Assembly (NCBI GenBank): GCA_963793475.1 | Contig: CAWCAL010000003.1 | Coordinates: 299,628-363,627, forward strand | Source of the DNA: an uncultured Acidimicrobiales bacterium | Lineage (GTDB): Bacteria; Actinomycetota; Acidimicrobiia; Acidimicrobiales; CAWCAL01 | DNA length: 64,000 bases | Reading direction: 5' to 3' | Shown here: piece after piece, positions 27,145-36,700 of the stretch | How positions within the stretch are numbered: the first letter of the stretch is position 1 | Layout: the number at the start of each line of letters is the position of its first letter | Notes under the pieces: model-generated | What the model saw: only the letters and a program-made list of their open reading frames with translations | What the model was told of the DNA's origin: nothing | Database searches by the model: none | Program-made: the position numbers and the translations under genes

Positions 27145-28556
27145 CAGGCCGGAGCGGCTGCGTCGGCCCCCGGGGGCACGTCCTGCATCGTGTCCATCAT
27201 CCCCTCCATGATCCCCCGGATGAACTCGTCCGCCTCGTCGGTGAGGCCGCCCGCGACGCCTCCGTAGATGGCGGCGCTGAACGGATCTTCTCCCTTGTGC
27301 TCGTGGCCGTAGGCCACCGCCTCGGCCAGGTCCTCTCGGAACGCATCGGCGACCCCGTCCTGGGTCTGCGGCCGGGTGACGGCCATGTGGATGGCGTTGG
27401 GGTACTGCTGGCCGTTGAAGCGCCAGCCCTTCTTCCGCATGAAGTCGTTGACGTGGTAGATGTCGAACTCGTCGCTGGTGAAACTGAAGCAGAAGGTCGG
27501 GTCGCCCATGATCCGCAGCGAGTCGTGGGACCGTACCGCCTCCTTCATGGCGTCGGCGGTGGCGAAGATCTTCTCGGCGTACCCGAGGTAGCCGTCGCGA
27601 CCCAGGCTGACCATGGCCGCCCACGTCGCAGCCAGCAGGCCGCCCGACCGGGAGCCGTCGATCCCGGGCGAGAAGTACTTTCCGCCGGTCCAATCGGTCA
27701 GGTAGAAGTACTGGCCGTTGCGCAGGGCCCGGTTGCGGAAGGCGAGCACGGAGGTGCCCTTGAATCCGTAGGCGTACTTGTGGGTGTCGGCGGAGATGGA
27801 CGTGACCCCCGGCACCGAGAAGTCGAACGGTTCGATCGGGTACCCGAGCTCGCGTCCCCAGGGCAGGATGAACCCTCCGAGGCAGCCGTCGACGTGCAGG
27901 CCGATCTCGCGTTCCAGCGCCAGCGCGCCCATGTCGGTGATGGGGTCGACGGTGCCGTAGCCGTAGTTGCAGGCCGATCCGACCATGGCGATCGTCTGGT
28001 CGTCGACCAACGCGGCGACGGCATCGAGGTCGGCCTTCGTGGTCTCCGGATCGACGGGCGCCCGCCGCATCTCGACACCCAGCAGGTGGCAGGCCTTGTC
28101 GAACGCCGGGTGCCCCGTCTCGGGCTTGACGAAGTTGGGCCGCTCGACGCCGCGGGCGGTGGCCTCTTCCCGGTAGGCCAACAGGGCGTGCAGGATGCTG
28201 CCGCTGCCGCCCGAGGTGACCATGCCGACCGGATCGGACTCGGGTCCCGCCTGTGCGGCTCCCAGCATGTCCAGGGTCATGGAGATGATCTCACCCTCGA
28301 ACCGCGTCGCGCTGGGACACATGTCCCGCTGGAGGACGTTGACGTGACCGAAGAGGCCGTACGCCTCGGTCATGAAGTCGTAGTGATCGTGATCCCCGCA
28401 GTACATGGTCCCCGAGCAGCGTCCGGTCTCCCAGAACTCGTCCTCGGCGGCGGCGATGGTGGAGAGCTCGGCGGTGATCTCGTCGCGACTCCGACCGTGC
28501 TCGGGCATGCCCCGGTTCACCGGGTACCGATCGGCGTACGGATAGTCGTTGCTCAT
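27144..28556 (-). CDS. PLP-dependent lyase/decarboxylase (group II), sphingosine-1-phosphate-lyase-like
   Basis: ATG 28556 (MSNDYPYADRY), 470 aa. Motifs: GMVTSGGSGSILHALLAYRE, HVDGCLGGFILPW and the PLP-lysine motif SADTHKYAYGFKGTS. Confidence 0.8.
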   Translation of the reverse strand: MSNDYPYADRYPVNRGMPEHGRSRDEITAELSTIAAAEDEFWETGRCSGTMYCGDHDHYDFMTEAYGLFGHVNVLQRDMCPSATRFEGEIISMTLDMLGAAQAGPESDPVGMVTSGGSGSILHALLAYREEATARGVERPNFVKPETGHPAFDKACHLLGVEMRRAPVDPETTKADLDAVAALVDDQTIAMVGSACNYGYGTVDPITDMGALALEREIGLHVDGCLGGFILPWGRELGYPIEPFDFSVPGVTSISADTHKYAYGFKGTSVLAFRNRALRNGQYFYLTDWTGGKYFSPGIDGSRSGGLLAATWAAMVSLGRDGYLGYAEKIFATADAMKEAVRSHDSLRIMGDPTFCFSFTSDEFDIYHVNDFMRKKGWRFNGQQYPNAIHMAVTRPQTQDGVADAFREDLAEAVAYGHEHKGEDPFSAAIYGGVAGGLTDEADEFIRGIMEGMMDTMQDVPPGADAAAPA

Positions 28557-28581
28557 GGAGGCTCCCCGTGGATGGCGGTGG

Positions 28582-30123
28582 TCAGGGCTTCGGCGTGCTG
28601 GCGAGCTCGGCGACGATGGGCCGGACGGCGTCGAAGGCCGCCTCGAACTGACCGTGCCGATGTTCGTACAGCCCCCGGAGCGATGGGTCCGGTTCAAAGG
28701 TTCGGTCGTGGTCGACCAGTTCGCCAAGTTCGTGTCGGTCCAGGACCCCCTGGTGGTGCCAGGCCAGCAGTGCCGCGCCGCGGGCGACGGCCTGCTCTGG
28801 AGGCGAGATCCGGTGCACCGGACGGTGCACGACGTCGGCCAGGATCTGGCACCACTGGTCGGACCGAGCCGCGCCGCCGACGAAGCCGGCGTCCACGATG
28901 GGTTCCTCGACGAACGAATCGACGTGCGGGAGCAGCCAGCGCAGGTTGTGTGCGGTCGCCTCCACCGCCGCTCGAACCAGGTCGGTGCGCGTCGTCTCGA
29001 GGGACACGTTCAGGAACCCGCCCCGCATCGACGGATCGCTCTGGGGCGCGAGCGAGCCGTGGAACCACGGCAGGCACATCGCCCCGTTGGCGCCGGGTGG
29101 CGACGTGGCGATCGCGGTGTCCAGCAGGGCGAACGGCCGCTCGCGCCCGTCGGCTCCCAACGCGTCGTCGGTCTGGAACAGCGAGGCCAGGACCTGCTGG
29201 ACGACGCGGCCGCCCAGCCCGTTCTCGGCCCACACGAGGTACTGGTCGAGGAACGGTCCGGGCATGGACAGGATCTCGTGGTCCAGGTCGACCTTCATCG
29301 ACTCGACCGTGTCGACCAGGACGCTGGTGGTGCCGATGGCCAGACCGCACCGACCCTCCGCCAGGGCGCCGGTGGCGACCGCGTCGGTGGACGTGTCGTT
29401 GGTTCCGGCGGAGACCTCGGCCCGGGCGGGGACACCGAGCCGCTCGGCGACATCGGGCCGGACGGTGCCGACCGTGCTGCCGACCGGGACCAGCGGCGGC
29501 AGGCGCGCTGGATCCACGGCGGCCATCTCGATCAGCTCGGCGTCGTAGGTGGTCACCCCGAGCGAACGGTTGTCACACAGCTGCGACATGAACATGGAGT
29601 GCTGCGTGGCCGAGATCGTGCCGGTGAAGCGGGCCACGACGTAGTCCATGGCCTCGAGGTATGCGGTCGTGGCACCACGGACTGCTTCACCCTCCAGCAC
29701 CAGCAGGTGCCCCAGGGCCAGGCCCCCGCCGACGGGCGGGATCCCGTGACGTTCGACCCAGCGGACGAAGGCGTCGGGGTGCCGTTCCATGATGGCGAAC
29801 GACGGCGTCGTGCCGCGGCGGTCCTGCCACATGACCATCGGCCCGACCGGCAGGCCCTTGGGACCGACGGGAACGATCGAAGAGTACTGCGAGCAGACCC
29901 CGATCGAGCCGACCGACGCCGCGATGGTCGGCGACGACCGTGTGAGGAACAGGATCGCGGCCTCGACCTGCTCCCACAGGTGGCCGGCGTCCTGGGTGAC
30001 CGACTCGCCCCGCACGATGGTCTGGAGCGGGCGGGTCGTCGACGCCTGGATCCCGCCGTCCCCGTCGATCAGGACGGCCTTCACGTTGGTGGTGCCGACG
30101 TCGATCCCCAGTGCGGCCGTCAT
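28582..30123 (-). CDS. FGGY-family carbohydrate kinase
   Basis: Intact 513-aa ORF. Motifs: ALGIDVGTTNVKAVLID, GTNDTSTDAVATG, GLAIGTTSV and FVGGAARSDQWCQILADV. Confidence 0.85.
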   Translation of the reverse strand: MTAALGIDVGTTNVKAVLIDGDGGIQASTTRPLQTIVRGESVTQDAGHLWEQVEAAILFLTRSSPTIAASVGSIGVCSQYSSIVPVGPKGLPVGPMVMWQDRRGTTPSFAIMERHPDAFVRWVERHGIPPVGGGLALGHLLVLEGEAVRGATTAYLEAMDYVVARFTGTISATQHSMFMSQLCDNRSLGVTTYDAELIEMAAVDPARLPPLVPVGSTVGTVRPDVAERLGVPARAEVSAGTNDTSTDAVATGALAEGRCGLAIGTTSVLVDTVESMKVDLDHEILSMPGPFLDQYLVWAENGLGGRVVQQVLASLFQTDDALGADGRERPFALLDTAIATSPPGANGAMCLPWFHGSLAPQSDPSMRGGFLNVSLETTRTDLVRAAVEATAHNLRWLLPHVDSFVEEPIVDAGFVGGAARSDQWCQILADVVHRPVHRISPPEQAVARGAALLAWHHQGVLDRHELGELVDHDRTFEPDPSLRGLYEHRHGQFEAAFDAVRPIVAELASTPKP

Positions 30124-30178
30124 GGTTCCTCACCATAGGTCTGTTGTGCTCGACTACAGGCCTGGCCATTCCGCGCCG

Positions 30179-32320
30179 ATGGGAGCGACGATGCGCAGCG
30201 TCTTCTCCACGTTCCTGTTGATCCTCACGGGTCTCGTGGCGACCGCGCCCGTCGCGTCCGCGCAGGCGGAGGGTCCGGGCGACGATCCCAACGGAGACGG
30301 CCTTCGGTTCGTCGGCGCTACGACGTTCCGGCCCGAGCCCGATCGCGGCGTCGTCGTGGTGACCGCCGAGCTGGACCTGACCAACGTCCAAGCCGACGAG
30401 CGAACCGCGGACGGCGTCCTCGAGTACTTCTTCCCCGGCGTGATCCTCCCGGTCATCGACTCGGCCCGGGACGTCCGAGCCATCTCGAACGGCACCGAGA
30501 TGGACGTTGCGATCACCGAACAGGACGGGGCCACCGACGCCGCCGAGGTCACCTTCCCCAGCAACCTCCGGTTCGGTCAGGAGCGCCGGGTCGTCGTCTC
30601 CTACGAGGTGCCTTCCGCCCCGGCCAGGAGCGAGGACGTCACCCGGGTCAACCCCGCCTACGTCGCATTTCCCGCCTTCGCGGTCGGTGACCGCGGCCTC
30701 GCCTCGGTCACCGTCGAGCTCCCGGTCGGCTATCAGCCCGACATCGTGGGATCGGACCCCGAGTTCGGCGTCACCGAGGGGACGGTCTTCACCGCCCCCG
30801 ACATCGAGGACCCCGAGAGCTGGTGGTCCATCGTCACCGCCCAGGACGACGATCGTCTGGCCGACCTGACGATCGAGCAGCCGGGACGCTCGTTCAACAT
30901 CCGGTCCTGGCCCGGCGACGACGAGTGGGCCGCGTTCGTGGCGGGGTACACCGGCGATCCTCTGGACGAGATGGCCCGGCTGGTGGGCGAACCCTGGACC
31001 GACGGGGAGCCCTACGACATCGTCGAGGCCTACAGCCCCTACCTGTACGGCTATTCCGGCTGGTTCGAACCGACCGAGCGGCGGATCGTGATCGGCGAGG
31101 ACCTGGACCCGACGGTCGTGCTTCACGAACTGGCCCACGGATGGTTCAACGGGGACCACATCAGCCAGCGCTGGATCAACGAGGGGTTGGCCAACGAGTT
31201 CGCGGCGCGGACGCTGGACGCGATCGGCGAGACCAGCGACGTCGTCGTGTTGAGCCCGGACGAGATCATGTTTCCACTGGCCACGTGGGACGACGCTCTG
31301 ACCGATGCGGGTGGCGACGATGTCGCGGCCGTCGAGGAGTACGGGTACGACCGCGCCTGGTACGTGATCCATGCGATCACTGCGGACATCGGCCTCGACG
31401 GGATGCAGCTCGTTCTCGACGCCGTCTTCGATCGGGCGCCCGCTTACGCAGGAGACGGGCCCGAGACCCTGACCTCCGCCGCGGTCGACGACCGGCGCTT
31501 CCTGGATCTGCTGGAACGGGTCGGAGGGTCGGAGACCGCCGACGTCCTGCTCGAGCGGTACGTGATGACCGGGACCGACGCCGATCTGCTGGAGGACCGG
31601 GCCGCTGCGGGCGCCCGGTACGACGAGCTCGACGCCGCCGGTGGCGAGTGGGCGGTGCCCCTCGGTATCCGCCGGGCGATGGAGGGGTGGAGCTTCGAGC
31701 GGGCCGACGAGGGGATCGATGCCGCGATGGTGATCCTCGACCGACGACAGGAACTGACCGACCTCGCCGCCGACCTCGATCTGGCGATGCCGGAGGGGAT
31801 CGAACCCGCCTACGAGGATGCCCGCCTGCCGCTCGATGGCCTCGCCGACCGTATGGGGGCGCAGATCGGTGCGGCACGGGAGATCGAACGGATCACCGAC
31901 GCCTCGCGCGGCGTGCCCGGACTGATCGCCCGCATCGGGCTGCTGGGGACCGCCCTCGATCCGTTGGTCGACCAGGCCCGGGCCGCGTTCGAGGCCGGCG
32001 ATCTCAGCAGCGTCGACGACGCGGTCCAGGCGTTCGACGAGGCCCACAGCGAGGCGGAAGGTGAGGGCTGGGCCCGCATCGGCGCCGTGGTGCTGGCGCT
32101 CGCAGCGCTGGCCGGCGTCTCGCTGCTCGCGGCTCGGCTGCGGCGAGGTCGCTCGCACCCGTTCGACGACACTCACCTGGCGCTGGACACGCCGCCCGAC
32201 GATCCTCCCGAGGTCGAGGACATCTACGCACCGCCGGTGCCCTACGACCCGTCGGCGGGACACCCCCCTCCGGAGGCCGACGCCGAACTGCCGCGACGGG
32301 AACCGTCGGTCCAGGCCTGA
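30179..32320 (+). CDS. Secreted, C-terminally membrane-anchored gluzincin-like metallopeptidase (HExxH...E)
   Basis: In-frame ATG 30179 or 30191. Signal peptide MRSVFSTFLLILTGLVATAPVASAQA, the zinc motif VVLHELAHGWF followed by WINEGLANEF, and a C-terminal TM (IGAVVLALAALAGVSLLAA). Confidence 0.7.
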   Translation: MGATMRSVFSTFLLILTGLVATAPVASAQAEGPGDDPNGDGLRFVGATTFRPEPDRGVVVVTAELDLTNVQADERTADGVLEYFFPGVILPVIDSARDVRAISNGTEMDVAITEQDGATDAAEVTFPSNLRFGQERRVVVSYEVPSAPARSEDVTRVNPAYVAFPAFAVGDRGLASVTVELPVGYQPDIVGSDPEFGVTEGTVFTAPDIEDPESWWSIVTAQDDDRLADLTIEQPGRSFNIRSWPGDDEWAAFVAGYTGDPLDEMARLVGEPWTDGEPYDIVEAYSPYLYGYSGWFEPTERRIVIGEDLDPTVVLHELAHGWFNGDHISQRWINEGLANEFAARTLDAIGETSDVVVLSPDEIMFPLATWDDALTDAGGDDVAAVEEYGYDRAWYVIHAITADIGLDGMQLVLDAVFDRAPAYAGDGPETLTSAAVDDRRFLDLLERVGGSETADVLLERYVMTGTDADLLEDRAAAGARYDELDAAGGEWAVPLGIRRAMEGWSFERADEGIDAAMVILDRRQELTDLAADLDLAMPEGIEPAYEDARLPLDGLADRMGAQIGAAREIERITDASRGVPGLIARIGLLGTALDPLVDQARAAFEAGDLSSVDDAVQAFDEAHSEAEGEGWARIGAVVLALAALAGVSLLAARLRRGRSHPFDDTHLALDTPPDDPPEVEDIYAPPVPYDPSAGHPPPEADAELPRREPSVQA

Positions 32321-32338
32321 CCGGTACGCTCCATTCCC

Positions 32339-32620
32339 ATGGTCGGCTACTCGCTCAGCAAGGACGACTACCTGGCCCGGCTCCGCCGGATCGAGGGCCA
32401 GGTGCGCGGCCTGCAACGCATGGTCGAGCAGGACACCTACTGCATCGACGTGCTCACACAGATCAGCTCGGTCACCAAGGCGCTCCAGGGCGTGGGCCTG
32501 GGGTTGGTCGACGAGCACGTACGCCATTGCGTGCGTGACGCCGCCGACGTCGACCGTGAGGCGGGCGACGAGAAGGTCGACGAAGCGGTGGCCGCCATCG
32601 AACGACTCCTGCGTTCCTGA
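32339..32620 (+). CDS. csoR: CsoR/RcnR-family metal-sensing repressor
   Basis: 93-aa ORF. Sequence LRRIEGQVRGLQRMVEQDTYCIDVLTQISSVTKALQGVGLGLVDEHVRHCV carries the C...H...C ligand pattern. Confidence 0.85.
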   Translation: MVGYSLSKDDYLARLRRIEGQVRGLQRMVEQDTYCIDVLTQISSVTKALQGVGLGLVDEHVRHCVRDAADVDREAGDEKVDEAVAAIERLLRS

Positions 32621-32635
32621 CCCCGAGGTGAACCC

Positions 32636-33439
32636 GTGAGCTACGCATCTCTCGCCCGTCCGGCCGACGGTGTCGGCGTGATCACCCTCGATCGGGAGGA
32701 GCGGCTCAACTCGCTCAGCTTCGATCTGGTCGTTCCCCTCATCGAACGGCTGGACGAAGCCATCGATGACCGCACCATCGAGTGCATCATCCTCACCGGG
32801 AAGGGCCGGGCGTTCTGTTCGGGCGCCGACGTACAGGACAGCGAACCGCCCCCCGACATCGACGGTCTCACCATCAATCAGATCGCCACCAAGGCGATGG
32901 ACATGCTCGTCGGCATCATTCGCACCATGCGTCACGCGCCCAAGCCGGTCATCGCCGCCGTCAACGGACCCGCCATCGGTGGAGGGTTGTGCCTGGCGCT
33001 CGGCACCGACATCCGGATCGTGGCCCAGTCTGCGTACTTCCGCGCTGCGGGGATCAACAACGGGCTGACTGCCCTCGAGCTGGGCCTGAGCTACACCCTT
33101 CCCCGCGCCGTCGGCACGTCACGGGCGTTCGAGATGGCGCTGACCGGCCGGGACGTGGGCGCGGACGAGGCGACCCAGATGGGTCTCATCTCCCGCGCCG
33201 TGCCCGACGAGCAGTTGATGGACGAGGCCATCGCCATGGCGAAGCAGATCCTGGGCTGGTCGACCAACGGCGTCGTCCACACCAAGCGGCTGCTGTGGGC
33301 CGGCCTCGAGTCGGGCAGCATCGAGAACGCGTTCGAGCTGGAGTCCACGGCCCAGCTGTTCATGCGGATGACCACCGAGAACTTCGAAGAGGCCATGCGG
33401 GCCCGCAAGGAAGGCCGCTCTCCCACCTTCAACGACTGA
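32636..33439 (+). CDS. Enoyl-CoA hydratase/isomerase (crotonase) family protein
   Basis: GTG start. Motifs: ILTGKGRAFCSGADV and AAVNGPAIGGGLCLALGTDIRI. Confidence 0.9.
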   Translation: MSYASLARPADGVGVITLDREERLNSLSFDLVVPLIERLDEAIDDRTIECIILTGKGRAFCSGADVQDSEPPPDIDGLTINQIATKAMDMLVGIIRTMRHAPKPVIAAVNGPAIGGGLCLALGTDIRIVAQSAYFRAAGINNGLTALELGLSYTLPRAVGTSRAFEMALTGRDVGADEATQMGLISRAVPDEQLMDEAIAMAKQILGWSTNGVVHTKRLLWAGLESGSIENAFELESTAQLFMRMTTENFEEAMRARKEGRSPTFND

Positions 33440-33480
33440 AACGAGCAAATCCGGGGTCTGACCCCGCGTTTGCTCGTTAC
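33440..33480. terminator. Nested hairpin element (copy 1) at a convergent gene junction
   Basis: aacgagcaaatccggggtctgaccccgcgtttgctcgttac. The outer 10-bp stem aacgagcaaa/tttgctcgtt encloses cggggtc/gaccccg. It starts right after the TGA of the crotonase gene. Confidence 0.7.
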
Positions 33481-33797
33481 GGGTGGGGTTCGTCGTCGGC
33501 CAGGAGCTCTTCGGGTTCGATGAGATCGCCGGCGGCCGCCAGGGCGCTGGCCAACGTGACCGCCCGGTCGTACACGGCCACGAAGTAGTGCTCGGCCAAC
33601 GTGTCCTGGCCTCCCATGGGCGGGCGGCCCAGGGACCGCACCACCGCCGAGGTGTCCTTGGCGATGCGGATGTCGTGCTGCGGGCGCGGCACGGCGTCGG
33701 CCTCACCCCAGAACTCCTTGATCGCCTTCGGGGAAACGGTCTTCTTCCTGGACCGCCCCCCTCGCTTCTTGTTGCCCCGACGTCGTCCTGCGTTCAC
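33477..33797 (-). CDS. Small hypothetical protein with strongly basic N-terminus, translationally coupled to the SNF2 helicase
   Basis: The ATG at 33797 overlaps the helicase stop at 33794..33796 (ATGA). Sequence MNAGRRRGNKKRGGRSRKKTVSPKAIKEFWGE... No family recognised. Confidence 0.5.
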   Translation of the reverse strand: MNAGRRRGNKKRGGRSRKKTVSPKAIKEFWGEADAVPRPQHDIRIAKDTSAVVRSLGRPPMGGQDTLAEHYFVAVYDRAVTLASALAAAGDLIEPEELLADDEPHP

Positions 33798-36700
33798 GAG
33801 AGAATCTCCACGAGCTCGGTGTCGTCCTCCGCCATGACGGCGTCGGCGTCGATGCCCAGAGCGCGCTGCAGCTGCTCGGCGTCGAGGTCACCGATGGAGC
33901 TGGACTTGGGCAGCACCATGTCGGCGATCTGTCGTTTGCCGGCGACGACCTCTTCGACCCGCTCGTCGACCGTGCCCGGGCACACCAACCGGTGACAGAT
34001 GACGGTGCTGGTCTGGCCGATACGCCAGACCCGGTCCCGGGCCTGATCCTCGACCGCCGGATTCCACCAGCGGTCGTAGAGCACCACGTGGCTTGCCGCC
34101 GTCAGGTTCAGTCCGGTCCCACCCGCCTTGAGCGACAGCACCATCGCTCCCGGGCCCGTTCCATTCTGGAACTCCTCGACCAACCGGTCTCGGGCCGTGC
34201 GCCCGAGACCACCGTGATAGCAGGCGATGTCGATGCCGGTGCGCTCGGTGAGGTACTCGGCCAGGCGCTCGCCCCACGAGGCGAAGTGGGTGAACACCAG
34301 CATCCGCTCGCCGGAGGCGAAGACCGAGTCGACGATCTCGTTGAGGCGGGCCAGCTTGCCCGAGCGGCCGTCCAGCGGCAGCTCGTCGGCCTCGTAGTTG
34401 ACCGGGTGGTTGCAGATCTGCTTCAGCGCCGTGATGGCGGCCAGGACGGCGCCCTTCTTCTGCGGCGTGTTGTCCGAATCGGCCGTCTCGACCACCAGCT
34501 TGTCCAGGACCGCCTGGTAGAGACCGATCTGCTCGGTGGTCATCGCGCAGTGGTCCAGCTCGTCGATGCGATCGGGCAGTTCGGCGGCGATGGCGGGTTC
34601 GGCTTTGGTGCGGCGGAAGACGAGGATGCCGTTGAGCGCCCGCAGCGCCCGTTCCGGGCCGCTCCCCGAGCCGTTGCCCGACTTGGAGAGTTGGGCGATG
34701 AAGGAGGGGCGCGGTCCCACCAGTCCGGGGTTCGCGAACTCCATGATCGCCCAGAGATCCCCCAGGCCGTTCTCGATGGGCGTCCCGGTCAGGGCGATGC
34801 GCCCGCCCGCTTCCAGCCGCTTCAGCTGTTGCGCGGTCTCACTGGCCGGGTTCTTGATGGCCTGGGCCTCGTCGAGCACCACCTTGTTCCAGGTGACCTC
34901 GCTGAGCGCATCCATGTCGCGCACGGCCGTGCCGTAGGTCGTGATGATCACGTCGGCCTCGTTGGCCAGGGCCTCGAGCCGGTCCGGTCCTGCCCGGTTC
35001 GGACCGTGATGGACCCGGACGTCGAGGCCGGGGGTGAAGCGGGCCGCCTCGGCGGCCCAGTTCCCGACGACGGCAGGCGGCGCCACGACCAGCGAGGCGT
35101 GCGCGTTGCCGGCCTGATGCAGGTGGGCCAGCAGCGTCGGGGTCTTGCCCAGGCCCATGTCCAGCGCCAGGCACCCACCCAGGCCGGCCCCGTGGAGGAA
35201 CCCGAGCCAGACCAGCGCCTCGGCCTGGTAGCTGCGGAGCTCGCCCTCGAATCCCTCGGGCGTGGTGTCGGGGTGCTCGGGCACGTCCTCGGCGCTGGCC
35301 AGGAGCTCGGCGGCCCAGTTGTCGCCTGCCAGCGTGATGCCACCCAGCGGCGTCCCCTCGAGGCCCAGCGCGTGGCGCAACATGTCGGCGCCGGTGAGCT
35401 GGGTCGTGTCGGCCCGTTCGGCGAGCGCAGCGGCCGCTTCGGCCAGGTCGGCATGGTCGAGCTCGACCCACTGCCCGCGTGATCGCACCAGCGGCTTGGC
35501 CTCGCGGGCCAGCCGTTGCACGTCCTCGCCGGTGAGCTCGATGTCGTCGAAGACCGCACTCCACCGCACGTTGGCCAGCTGCTGGGCTCCCACGACGGAC
35601 TCGGTGGTGTCCTCCGAGGTGAGCCGCAGCTCGGGTGTGGGTTTGCGGCGGGAGAGCGAGGGGACCCGGACGTCGAACCCGGCGGCCGCCAACGCCTCGC
35701 CCTTGACGGTCATCAGGTCCCAGGCCTCATCCTGGCTGAGGATGACCTCACCCCGCCGGCGAGCGCCGGGTCGGAGCAGTTCGGGGAAGATCCGTTCCAG
35801 CCGCTTCAGCTGGTCCTGCACCTCTTTGCTGCGGGTGTTGGACGAGGTGACCAGCGCGGTCTCGACCGGCTCGAGGCCCCCCTCGTTGCCAGGCGCCAGG
35901 ACCGACAGATACCACGCACCCACGTCGTCGGGCGGGTCGAGCTGGACGACCAGCGTGACCTTGGCGGGCCCCGAGATCGGACGGGCCCACTGGTCGAGTC
36001 GGCGACCGAGCTCGCCCCCCAGGCGCCCGGGAGCGACGAACGCTTCACCACCGAGGCGTCCCAGCATGGCTTCGCCGACTTCGGCCTTGCTGCGCGGGTC
36101 CGGCGGCGGAGCCGGCACCTCGAGCCGATCGGCCGCTTCCCCGGAGATGGCGCTGACCAGGTCGGTCAGGACGGACATGGTGAACGCGCGCGGGTCCTGC
36201 CGGTTCTGGAGCGCTCCGGCCGAACCCGGCCGGGAGTCGACCAGCCCGGCGAGCACGTCGGCGTTGATCAGTGCCGGCACCCACCGCACCTCGAACGAGC
36301 TGAACCCGTTGGGCAGGCTGCCCTCAACCGCGGGGCGCCGGGCCTTCTTCAGGGTTGGGATCATGCGGCCCTGGGCGGCCAGTCGAACGGCCAGGGCCGC
36401 GACGGACCCCAACCATCGGGCGCTGGCGCCCGTCGTCTCGTCGGGCTCGGCGGTGCCCAGCGCCACCAACCAGCCGAGGCAGGTGCCGATGGGGGCGGCG
36501 ACGGTGTCGACGCGGGACCCCTCGGGCAGCCGAATCCGTTGGTGGGTCTCCCAACCGACGGATGCACCGCCGGCGCCTTCCAGACGCGCCAGGAGCTGTT
36601 CGTGCGGCTCGGAGGCGCCGCCTCGATTGGCCGACCAGGCGATGATGCGTCCCGGTGTCCAGGAGAGCTGGAGTTGTGGGGGCAGGTCGGCGCCGTCGGA

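Noticed and set aside
26799-29591. 930-aa plus-strand ORF
   Set aside because: Arg/Pro-rich shadow ORF antisense to xylB, the PLP lyase and the FGGY kinase, all of which have clear family motifs.
29687-32935. 1082-aa minus-strand ORF, the longest in the track
   Set aside because: Antisense to the metallopeptidase, csoR and crotonase genes. It has low-complexity Arg/Gly/Asp composition and no motif.
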